In this document: in pieces, positions 18,235 to 25,701 of the stretch
Layout of the letters: every line of letters starts with the position of its first letter
How positions within the stretch are numbered: position 1 is the first letter of the stretch
DNA from: a virus
Taxonomy: Duplodnaviria; Caudoviricetes
Virus record (IMG/VR): IMGVR_UViG_3300025658_000312
Location: 1-32,325 of that record
DNA length: 32,325 nucleotides
Strand: one strand, 5' to 3'
The notes under the pieces: model-generated
What the model was told of the DNA's origin: nothing
Databases searched by the model: none
The model's input: the letters and a program-made list of their open reading frames with translations, nothing else
Position numbers and translations under genes: made by a program

Positions 18235-18762
18235 ATGTATTCACAGAAGTATATCGAAGAGCTTCGTGTAGTACATGCTGACAAAAGTCGAATAAAAGGC
18301 TTTGGCGGAAAAACTAAGAACCTTGGTAAGTTCCATAAGTATGTCGAACAATGGCAACCTTTAACGCTATTGGATTACGGTTGCGGCAAGGGCGGTATAC
18401 TGTCTGACTTACAATCTAGATATAGACATATACGCTGTACAGGGTACGATCCTGCTGTAGCAATGTTTAACAATGAACCTCAGCAAGTTGAATGTGTTTT
18501 TAGTAATGATGTGCTAGAACATATTGAACCTGAATATCTAAATCAAGTTCTTGTTCATATAAATCAATTAAGTACAAAGTATGTATGGTTACGTATTGAT
18601 ACAGTGCCAGCACGTAAAAGATTAAGTGATGGCAGAAATGCACATTTAATATTAGAAAATCAAACGTGGTGGACAGAACAAATTAATCGTTATATAGATG
18701 GTACTATAGTTTATAATAATTTAAATAATAAAGGAAAACTAGATGTCGCAATCGAGAAATAA
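18235..18762 (+). CDS. Class I SAM-dependent methyltransferase
   Basis: LLDYGCGKG, GYDPA, DVLEHI and LSDGRNAH. Confidence 0.85.
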   Translation: MYSQKYIEELRVVHADKSRIKGFGGKTKNLGKFHKYVEQWQPLTLLDYGCGKGGILSDLQSRYRHIRCTGYDPAVAMFNNEPQQVECVFSNDVLEHIEPEYLNQVLVHINQLSTKYVWLRIDTVPARKRLSDGRNAHLILENQTWWTEQINRYIDGTIVYNNLNNKGKLDVAIEK

Positions 18763-19018
18763 AATGATTCCTGGAGAGGCATTAATATACGAAAGAGCAG
18801 ACGGGGTTGTATATGCAAGGTATAGAGATGCTCCACATAATAAAATGCCTCGTTGGATTATAGGTGGAGATCCTGCAGGTGTTGCTAGGGCACAGGGCGA
18901 TTTACTAAGTTACGCTGAATGGCAAGAACTGTGTGAGTTGTCAGAGACTTATCCAACTTTAAAGAAATTATTAGACCAACTAGTAACAACATACTACACT
19001 GTTAGGGGTACACATTGA
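18743..19018 (+). CDS. Hypothetical protein
   Basis: SD AAGGA, overlaps both neighbours; contains PG..LIYER.DGVVYAR. Confidence 0.6.
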   Translation: MSQSRNKMIPGEALIYERADGVVYARYRDAPHNKMPRWIIGGDPAGVARAQGDLLSYAEWQELCELSETYPTLKKLLDQLVTTYYTVRGTH

Positions 19019-19608
19019 TACATCATGAACCGTGTGTGTCTAAGATGACACTTATACAATTAGAGAATAGTAGTAAACTTCTAGCACAAGAAGTATCGCA
19101 AAGATTTGACGAGTTCTATCAAACATTTCCTACAGGGTATATGAAGTTTGCAGAAGGTAGTCGTAGTACAGAGTTGTATGAAGCATACAATGTGTTCTTG
19201 TGTCATTACCCAGGGTTTGCTGATTTGTATAGACAAATTGTAACTACAATTAAATCAAAAATACCAAACTATCAAGATTATGCTCTAGCAGGTTGGGTTA
19301 ACATTTACAACAAAGGCGGTTACTTAAACTGGCATAAACACGGTCCTGAGGATCAAGTACATGACGGCAGATGGCATGGTTATGTTGCTATTAATGCTGA
19401 GCCTAGTCAAACTCTGTATAGAGACAAAGAAGAAATTATTAAAACAATTGATAATAAAGATGGATACATAACACTTAGTCCAGCAGGACTATATCATCGT
19501 GTTAGCGAATGGGAAAAGGATCAACCTCGAATAACAATAGCATTTGATGTTATTAAACGTGAACAGATAGATCCGTTATTATTAAACAGATGGATACCAA
19601 TAATATAA
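19015..19608 (+). CDS. 2OG-Fe(II) oxygenase-like protein
   Basis: GWVNIY..GG...WHKH, distal LYHRV and C-terminal PRITIAFD. Confidence 0.7.
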   Translation: MIHHEPCVSKMTLIQLENSSKLLAQEVSQRFDEFYQTFPTGYMKFAEGSRSTELYEAYNVFLCHYPGFADLYRQIVTTIKSKIPNYQDYALAGWVNIYNKGGYLNWHKHGPEDQVHDGRWHGYVAINAEPSQTLYRDKEEIIKTIDNKDGYITLSPAGLYHRVSEWEKDQPRITIAFDVIKREQIDPLLLNRWIPII

Positions 19609-19611
19609 TAT

Positions 19612-19764
19612 ATGAATGACACTAGAAACTGTAGTACTTGTAACAAACCAATAGACCTGTATGCTATAAAGTATCATACAGCTGATAAACAAAATGTATT
19701 TTGCAATGCATACTGTTCAAACGAATGGTATCAAAAGAAGAAGGAAAACAATCATGAGACATAA
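19612..19764 (+). CDS. 50-aa TRASH/YHS-like metal-binding protein (not in the ORF track)
   Basis: Hand translation MNDTRNCSTCNKPIDLYAIKYHTADKQNVFCNAYCSNEWYQKKKENNHET shows CxxC-x20-CxxxC with FC. It fills the gap after 19608. Confidence 0.7.
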   Translation: MNDTRNCSTCNKPIDLYAIKYHTADKQNVFCNAYCSNEWYQKKKENNHET

Positions 19765-19978
19765 AATAGCAGGAGTACTATTCTTATTATTAGGAATATA
19801 TTTTTTAATACAAGATATGATGCCATTGTCAATGGGCTTTGGTGCGGCAATGGAACACAACATGCCAGTACACAACAATACATTATTAGGCATTAGCGAA
19901 ATGACTTGGATGTGGTTTACAATGGCACTAGTACATTTCTTTATACGTGATTGTAATTGCAAGGAGTGTTGTAAGTGA
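19754..19978 (+). CDS. Small two-TM membrane protein with a Met/His-rich loop and Cys-rich tail
   Basis: Likely start is the ATG at 19754 (SD AAGGA). Sequence MRHKIAGVLFLLLGIYFLI...MEHNMPVH...MTWMWFTMALVHFF..CNCKECCK. Confidence 0.65.
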   Translation: MRHKIAGVLFLLLGIYFLIQDMMPLSMGFGAAMEHNMPVHNNTLLGISEMTWMWFTMALVHFFIRDCNCKECCK

Positions 19979-20748
19979 GAATTATAGCAGGACCTTGTCA
20001 ACACGAATCGTTGCCACAAAGTTTAGAGATTGCAACAGAATGTAAACGGGTATGTGACAAATACGGTATTGAGTATTACTTCAAAGCAAGTTTTGATAAA
20101 GCAAATCGTACAAGCGCAGATGGTATCCGAGGACAAGGTTTGCCTACAACAATGACAGACTTTCGTGTATTAAAAGAAAAATTAAATGTAAAAACACTAA
20201 CTGATGTACATAATATTAATGAAACACTTAAGATTGGTGCATACTATGATGACGCTGTTGATGTAATACAGATACCTGCATTTCTTTGTAGGCAAACAGA
20301 TTTAATTAAAGCGGCATGTAAAACAAATAAAATAGTAAATATTAAAAAGGGACAGTTCTTAGCACCTTGGGATGTCAAAGGTATATTAAGTAAAACAGAA
20401 GGTGCAAAAGAAGTATGGATAACTGAAAGGGGTACAAGTTTTGGATATAACACTCTTGTCGTGGATTACACTGGTCTACAGTATATGCTTGATAATTATG
20501 ATGTCCCTATCGTTTTGGATGGTACTCACGCCGTACAAAAGCCAGGAGGACAAGGCGACTCTAGTGGCGGTAATCGTAATTATGTGCCTGGGATCACTCG
20601 TGCTGGGGCTGCTATTGGGATCGACTCCTTCTTTATGGAAGTCCATGCTGACCCTGATCTAGCACCAAGTGACGGCCCTAACATGCTATACCTAAAAGAC
20701 TTTGAGGAGGTGGTGCGTGACATCGTCAGCTATTCTTATACCCGCTAG
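19975..20748 (+). CDS. kdsA: Kdo-8-phosphate synthase
   Basis: IAGPC, FKASFDKANRTS, TDVH, QIPAFLCRQTDL, NIKKGQFLAP, ERGTSFGY, DGTHAVQ.PG, FMEVH and SDGPN. Confidence 0.96.
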   Translation: MRIIAGPCQHESLPQSLEIATECKRVCDKYGIEYYFKASFDKANRTSADGIRGQGLPTTMTDFRVLKEKLNVKTLTDVHNINETLKIGAYYDDAVDVIQIPAFLCRQTDLIKAACKTNKIVNIKKGQFLAPWDVKGILSKTEGAKEVWITERGTSFGYNTLVVDYTGLQYMLDNYDVPIVLDGTHAVQKPGGQGDSSGGNRNYVPGITRAGAAIGIDSFFMEVHADPDLAPSDGPNMLYLKDFEEVVRDIVSYSYTR

Positions 20749-21409
20749 ATACGGCAGTACACGTTTTCCAGGCAAGCCTCTTGCTAATCTAGATAACGTT
20801 CCTATGATACGCAGAGTATACGAACGTTGTCGTAAGACTGGGTTAGATACATATGTATTAACAGACGACATGCGTATCTATAATAGGTTTGGATCTAGTA
20901 TATGTTGGATTGAAGAAGAAGCATATGCTCCTTATAAGAACGGCACTGAAAGATGTGCAGGCGCAATCAAAGGTGAAATGTTTGACAAGTACGATACATT
21001 TATAAACGTACAAGGAGATATGCCAGACATTGACCCTGCTATAATAGATCAAGTGTTGTGGCACTTAAAACATTACCAAGTAACTACAGCATTTACAAAT
21101 ATGCCTACTGAACAACAAAATGATCCTAACACAGTAAAGATGGTACGTGCTGGCGACCAAGCATTATGGTTTGGTAGGGGAATAACAGGATACGGCGATT
21201 GGCACTTAGGTATATATGGTTATAAGCGTAATGCATTAGAGATGTATCCGCAACTGACTATTCCAGAAGAAGAAAATGTAGAACAATTAGAACAACTCCG
21301 TTGGTTAAAAAATGGTTGGAATATTGGCTGTTTGAGTGTACAATATAATGGAGTAGAAATAAATTCACCAGAGGATGTAGACATATGGCACAAGCAAAAC
21401 TCCCAATAA
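20717..21409 (+). CDS. kdsB: CMP-Kdo synthetase (3-deoxy-manno-octulosonate cytidylyltransferase)
   Basis: IPARYGSTRFPGKPL, GTER, INVQGD.P, DPNTVK, HLGIYGY and EQLEQLRWL. GTG start at 20717 after SD GAGGAGG. Confidence 0.93.
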   Translation: MTSSAILIPARYGSTRFPGKPLANLDNVPMIRRVYERCRKTGLDTYVLTDDMRIYNRFGSSICWIEEEAYAPYKNGTERCAGAIKGEMFDKYDTFINVQGDMPDIDPAIIDQVLWHLKHYQVTTAFTNMPTEQQNDPNTVKMVRAGDQALWFGRGITGYGDWHLGIYGYKRNALEMYPQLTIPEEENVEQLEQLRWLKNGWNIGCLSVQYNGVEINSPEDVDIWHKQNSQ

Positions 21410-21840
21410 AAGACGTACTAGCAGCTATTGACATGGGTGCAAAGTCAGTATGGGACGAACTAAGTGATGAAGAGCGTAAGTCAGTTGGCTTCTGGTTGTT
21501 AAACAGATATGCAAGTAGTGTTAAGGGCAATAGAGAAAAACAAGAACTTGCTGTTTTTAAAACAAATGAGTTCTACAACAAAAACTGGAATGAGCTAGGA
21601 ATGAAACATCCTAAACTGCAATGGCAACTTATATGCCAAGCAGGCAATACAGGAAAGATAGAATTCCATCCTTGGATTGGTTTTAAAAAGAAAAACAGCG
21701 ACAACGGCAAAGGTATTAAATTATTAAAAGAAATTTATCCAAACATGAAGGAAGACGAAATTGAGCTCCTTGCAAACATATCTACAAAAAAAGAACTCAA
21801 GCAATTGGCTGAAGAACATGACATCGAAATCAAGCTCTAA
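21385..21840 (+). CDS. Putative clamp-loader small subunit (T4 gp62-like)
   Basis: Pattern FWLLNRYAS...N......HPKLQW.L....FHPWI..K...LL..IY resembles gp62; size about 150 aa; SD GAGGA. Confidence 0.55.
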   Translation: MAQAKLPIKDVLAAIDMGAKSVWDELSDEERKSVGFWLLNRYASSVKGNREKQELAVFKTNEFYNKNWNELGMKHPKLQWQLICQAGNTGKIEFHPWIGFKKKNSDNGKGIKLLKEIYPNMKEDEIELLANISTKKELKQLAEEHDIEIKL

Positions 21841-22516
21841 TAAACCTTACATATGTGAATACTGTGACACAGGATACACAAGAGAAAAAACTCTTGCTGT
21901 ACACATGTGTGAGCAAAAACGTAGACACTTGCAACAAAAAGAAAAACGTGTACAGTTAGGGTTTTATGCATTCAATCAGTTTTACAAATTAAGTGCAGGA
22001 GCAAGAAAAGATAAAACATATCAAGAGTTTTGCAAAAGTCCTTACTATAATGCGTTTGTAAAATTTGGTAGTTTTGTAAACAATGTCAAACCAATGTATC
22101 CAGAGAAGTATGTTGATCATGTTGTAACATCTGGCGTTAAACTTGATCATTGGTGTCGCGAAGAAATGTATGAAAAGTATGCTATTGATCTTATACGTAA
22201 AGAAGGTGTACAAACAGCATTAGAACGTAGTGTTATGACTATGATGGATTGGGCTGAAGAAAACAATAGCTCATGGAATCATTATTTCTTTTATTGTAGT
22301 TTGAATCGTGCGGCATGGCATATTAAAGATGGTAAGATAAGTCCTTGGCTTGTATTAAACTGTAAGAGCGGAAAAGAAATGCTAAGTAAGTTTAGTGATG
22401 AGCAACTAAACATAATCTTTCATATTATGGATCCTCAGCATTGGGCTATGCGATTCAAACGTAATCCTGCTGATGTTGCTTTAGTGAAAGAAGTAGCAAA
22501 AGAATCAAATCTATGA
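21818..22516 (+). CDS. Hypothetical protein with an N-terminal Zn-finger-like motif
   Basis: YICEYC-x12-HMC. Likely start is the ATG at 21818, overlapping the gp62-like gene. Confidence 0.65.
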   Translation: MTSKSSSNKPYICEYCDTGYTREKTLAVHMCEQKRRHLQQKEKRVQLGFYAFNQFYKLSAGARKDKTYQEFCKSPYYNAFVKFGSFVNNVKPMYPEKYVDHVVTSGVKLDHWCREEMYEKYAIDLIRKEGVQTALERSVMTMMDWAEENNSSWNHYFFYCSLNRAAWHIKDGKISPWLVLNCKSGKEMLSKFSDEQLNIIFHIMDPQHWAMRFKRNPADVALVKEVAKESNL

Positions 22517-23226
22517 AACTAGACAAGCACCAATATACGCGAGAAGAATGGCGTAGAATACGGCACTACAAACGTCTAGAGAAAGAACAAAATAAAATAC
22601 AAAAACGTTTAGCTGAAGAACATAAAAAACTTGAGCGTAATTGTGCATTTATAATCAGTCAACCAAAAGCAGGAACATACTTGCTTGCAAATTTACTTGC
22701 AAACTTTGGCATGTATTCAACAGGCTGGCACGTAAAAAACGGCAAGTATAGAGTATACGATATAAGAAAACCTCTTCCAAAATTCGAAAAGAAAAACGAT
22801 CTAAAAAAATATATACAAAGTGTAACATATCAAATAGGTGGGTTTAGTGATATAATAGATACTATACCAAACAATGGATTTGCACAAGGACATTTAGAAT
22901 ATCAAGGCAAGTATATTAAACCTCTTAGAGATGTTAAAAAGATTTTGTTAACACGACCGCACGAACAGCACAAAGAATCTATAAAAAGATTTCAAGATGA
23001 GATGCATGGCGACACGTCTGTAACAGAAGAAGGATATCATAGTATAGCAGGTTGGGCAGAACATGAAGATGTTTTTCATTTAACATTTAATGATCTTATC
23101 AAACCTAAATATGCAAAATTAAGAAAGCTTCAAACGTTTTTGTTTGGAGAAGTAATCTGTGATGAAGTACAAGCAATACACAAAGCACTTGCAAGTCCAT
23201 CACCAACCAAGAGCAGTATAAGATGA
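22513..23226 (+). CDS. Sulfotransferase-like P-loop protein
   Basis: FIISQPKAGTYLL (5'-PSB PKxGT), GHL, ILLTRP (3'-PB) and LTFNDL. Confidence 0.6.
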   Translation: MKLDKHQYTREEWRRIRHYKRLEKEQNKIQKRLAEEHKKLERNCAFIISQPKAGTYLLANLLANFGMYSTGWHVKNGKYRVYDIRKPLPKFEKKNDLKKYIQSVTYQIGGFSDIIDTIPNNGFAQGHLEYQGKYIKPLRDVKKILLTRPHEQHKESIKRFQDEMHGDTSVTEEGYHSIAGWAEHEDVFHLTFNDLIKPKYAKLRKLQTFLFGEVICDEVQAIHKALASPSPTKSSIR

Positions 23227-23648
23227 AAATATTAATTTTTGGTCTGCCAGGTAGCGGTAAGAGTACACTAGCAAAACCATTTGCAGACTTAATAGGCGGC
23301 GTACACATAAACGCAGACGAAGTGCGTACTAAGTATGATGATTGGGACTTTACACCCGAAGGACGTATGCGACAAGCACAACGTATGAAACACCTAGCAG
23401 ACGGTGTTGTAATGGCAGGTAAAGTTGCTGTAGCAGACTTTGTATGTCCTACTGAAAAAGCACGTTTAGAGTTTAACCCAAATTATACAGTATGGATGGA
23501 TACTATTGAAAAGGGTAGGTATGAAGATACAAACGCTATGTTTGAAAAACCTGAAAAGGTTGATTATCACGTAGCAAATTGGTTTGCTGATACACATACA
23601 CAACTTATGCCTGTTGTACAAAGATGGATGGAGAAGAATAATGTTTGA
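23223..23648 (+). CDS. cysC: Adenylylsulfate (APS) kinase-like protein
   Basis: FGLPGSGKST, NADEVR, DWDF..EGR.RQ..R, DFVCP and FEKP. Confidence 0.65.
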   Translation: MKILIFGLPGSGKSTLAKPFADLIGGVHINADEVRTKYDDWDFTPEGRMRQAQRMKHLADGVVMAGKVAVADFVCPTEKARLEFNPNYTVWMDTIEKGRYEDTNAMFEKPEKVDYHVANWFADTHTQLMPVVQRWMEKNNV

Positions 23649-24051
23649 TACAAGTAAACCAACAACACAAATGCTAGGTAGATGGCAACCTTGGCATGCT
23701 GGTCACACAGAACTATTTAAACGTGCATATGCAGAAACAGGACAAGTTGTAATAATGGTACGTGCAGTATTTGGTTACATAGGACAAGACGCAGGTGCAG
23801 GACGTACAGTAGTTCAAGATGACAACCCATTTAATTTTCAAGATGTTGTAGACGGTATTAAATCCGGATTGTCAAAAGCAGGCTTTTTTATTAACGAAGA
23901 CTACATGATTATGCAAGTGCCTAACATTGTAGATATAAGTTATGGTAGAGGTGTAGGATATACATTTACAGAACACGACTTAGGCAAAGAAGTACACGAC
24001 ATTAGTGCTACAAAGATTAGAGCACAGATGCGTAAGGAAGGAAAATTATAA
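23641..24051 (+). CDS. Small HxGH-superfamily nucleotidyltransferase
   Basis: GRWQPWHAGH, DNPF, GRGVG and ISATKIR. Likely start is the ATG at 23641. Confidence 0.75.
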   Translation: MFDTSKPTTQMLGRWQPWHAGHTELFKRAYAETGQVVIMVRAVFGYIGQDAGAGRTVVQDDNPFNFQDVVDGIKSGLSKAGFFINEDYMIMQVPNIVDISYGRGVGYTFTEHDLGKEVHDISATKIRAQMRKEGKL

Positions 24052-24560
24052 TGCAAGTTTTCGATAACTTCTTGCCACATGCCGAATGGCAACAGTTACA
24101 CGACACGTTAACAAGTGACACGTTTCCGTGGATGATGGGAGATGCTGTTAGACAAGGAACTGAAACAGTTCCTGATAAGTACAATTGGCAGATGTACCAT
24201 TTGTTTTATTATAATCCAAATATTATATCAGAGGCAATGCCAATACTAAATGATCTCTACACTAAACTAAGAGTAGGAACATTTATGAAAGCAAAAGCAA
24301 ATGTAAATTTTGTTACTAGCGAAATAATCGAACACGGATTGCATACAGACATTGAACCACAAAGCCTAGGTGAAGCAATGACTACAGCAATTTATTATGT
24401 AAACTCTAATGATGGTTATACACTTTTTGAAGACGGCACAAAAGTAGAAAGTGTAGCAAACAGATTAGTAAAGTTTCCGTGCAATACAAAACACACAGGT
24501 ACATCATGTACAGACCAAAGATACAGAATGGTCATAAATTTAAATTATATAGAGGTATAA
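24051..24560 (+). CDS. 2OG-Fe(II) oxygenase
   Basis: VFDNFL, HGLHTD (HxD), TAIYYVN..DGYT.F, NRLV.F....HTG and R.VINLNY. Confidence 0.8.
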   Translation: MQVFDNFLPHAEWQQLHDTLTSDTFPWMMGDAVRQGTETVPDKYNWQMYHLFYYNPNIISEAMPILNDLYTKLRVGTFMKAKANVNFVTSEIIEHGLHTDIEPQSLGEAMTTAIYYVNSNDGYTLFEDGTKVESVANRLVKFPCNTKHTGTSCTDQRYRMVINLNYIEV

Positions 24561-24561
24561 A

Positions 24562-25701
24562 ATGGATACTCGTATACACGAGATTTTAGATAAAGAAGTA
24601 GATAGACAGGCTACTACAATCGAATTAATAGCAAGTGAAAACTTTGCAAGCAACAGCGTTATGGAACTAAGTGGCAGTGTGTTTACAAACAAATACGCTG
24701 AGGGTTATCCAGGCAAGCGTTACTACAACGGCTGTGAACATATGGATGAAATAGAAGCACTTGCTGTAGATGAACTATGCAAATTGTTTAAGTGTGACTA
24801 TGCTAACGTACAACCACACTGTGGTGCAAATGCTAACACGGCAGTGTACCAAGCATTCCTAAAGCCGGGTGATAGTATACTAGGTATGGACCTAGCAAGT
24901 GGAGGTCACCTAAGTCACGGTAGTCCGCCAAACATCTCAGGCAAAGTGTATAGTGCCTGTAGTTACAAAGTAAAAGCAGACGGCTACTTAGACTATGATC
25001 AGATTGAACAACTGTGTAAAGACTATCGTCCTAAGATGATTGTTGCTGGTGCAAGTGCGTATCCAAGACAAATTAATTGGGAAGTATTTAGAAAACTAGC
25101 AGACAAATACAATGCATTACTACTGGTTGATATGGCGCACTACAGCGGTCTTATAGCAGGCGGAGCATACCAGTCGCCACTAGCATATGCGGATGTGGTA
25201 ACAAGTACAACACACAAGACCTTACGCGGTCCTAGAGGTGGTATTATACTGTGGAACAACCCAGACTATACAAAGCGTATTAATAGTGCAATCTTCCCTG
25301 GCACACAAGGCGGACCATTGATGCATCAAATTGCAGCCAAGGCACAATGTTTCATAGAAGCAAACACACCCGAGTTTAAAGATTATGCAAAGCAAGTAGT
25401 AGTTAATGCAAAAGCAATGTGTGCTGTGTTTAAGGACAAAGGATTTAAATGCTTGACAAATGGAACAGATTCGCATATAATATTACTAGACTTGAGTGAT
25501 AGCAAATACAGCGGAAGAGAGGCTGCTGACTTGTTGGAAGAAAATGGTATTACTGTAAACAAAAATGGTGTACCAAATGATCCAAGAAGTTTTGTTGAAA
25601 CAAGCGGTATTAGAATTGGAACAGCAGCAGAAACAACTCGTGGTCATAACGAGCAATGGTTTAAGGAACTAGCGGAAAACATATGCCAGATATTGACATA
25701 G
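24562..25701 (+). CDS. glyA: Serine hydroxymethyltransferase
   Basis: LIASEN, NKYAEGYPGKRYY, NVQPH, GGHLSHG, DMAH, TTHKTLRGPRGG (PLP Lys), FPG.QGGP and SGIRIGT. Confidence 0.97.
   Translation: MDTRIHEILDKEVDRQATTIELIASENFASNSVMELSGSVFTNKYAEGYPGKRYYNGCEHMDEIEALAVDELCKLFKCDYANVQPHCGANANTAVYQAFLKPGDSILGMDLASGGHLSHGSPPNISGKVYSACSYKVKADGYLDYDQIEQLCKDYRPKMIVAGASAYPRQINWEVFRKLADKYNALLLVDMAHYSGLIAGGAYQSPLAYADVVTSTTHKTLRGPRGGIILWNNPDYTKRINSAIFPGTQGGPLMHQIAAKAQCFIEANTPEFKDYAKQVVVNAKAMCAVFKDKGFKCLTNGTDSHIILLDLSDSKYSGREAADLLEENGITVNKNGVPNDPRSFVETSGIRIGTAAETTRGHNEQWFKELAENICQILT
25453..25481 (+). promoter_or_regulatory. Perfect sigma70 promoter embedded in glyA, facing the mini-DnaE gene
   Basis: TTGACA(25453-25458)-17 nt-TATAAT(25476-25481), about 200 nt upstream of 25683. 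Confidence 0.7.

Noticed and set aside
8223-21433. Other TTGACA hexamers (e.g. 8223, 15203, 16543, 21428)
   Set aside because: None has a -10 hexamer at 16-18 nt spacing.
3425-25701. Interpretation as a bacterial LPS/capsule locus or chromosomal fragment
   Set aside because: The genes are interleaved and translationally coupled with T4-type gp32, UvsX, UvsY, UvsW and gp62-like genes and late promoter motifs, and there are no export or membrane assembly genes.
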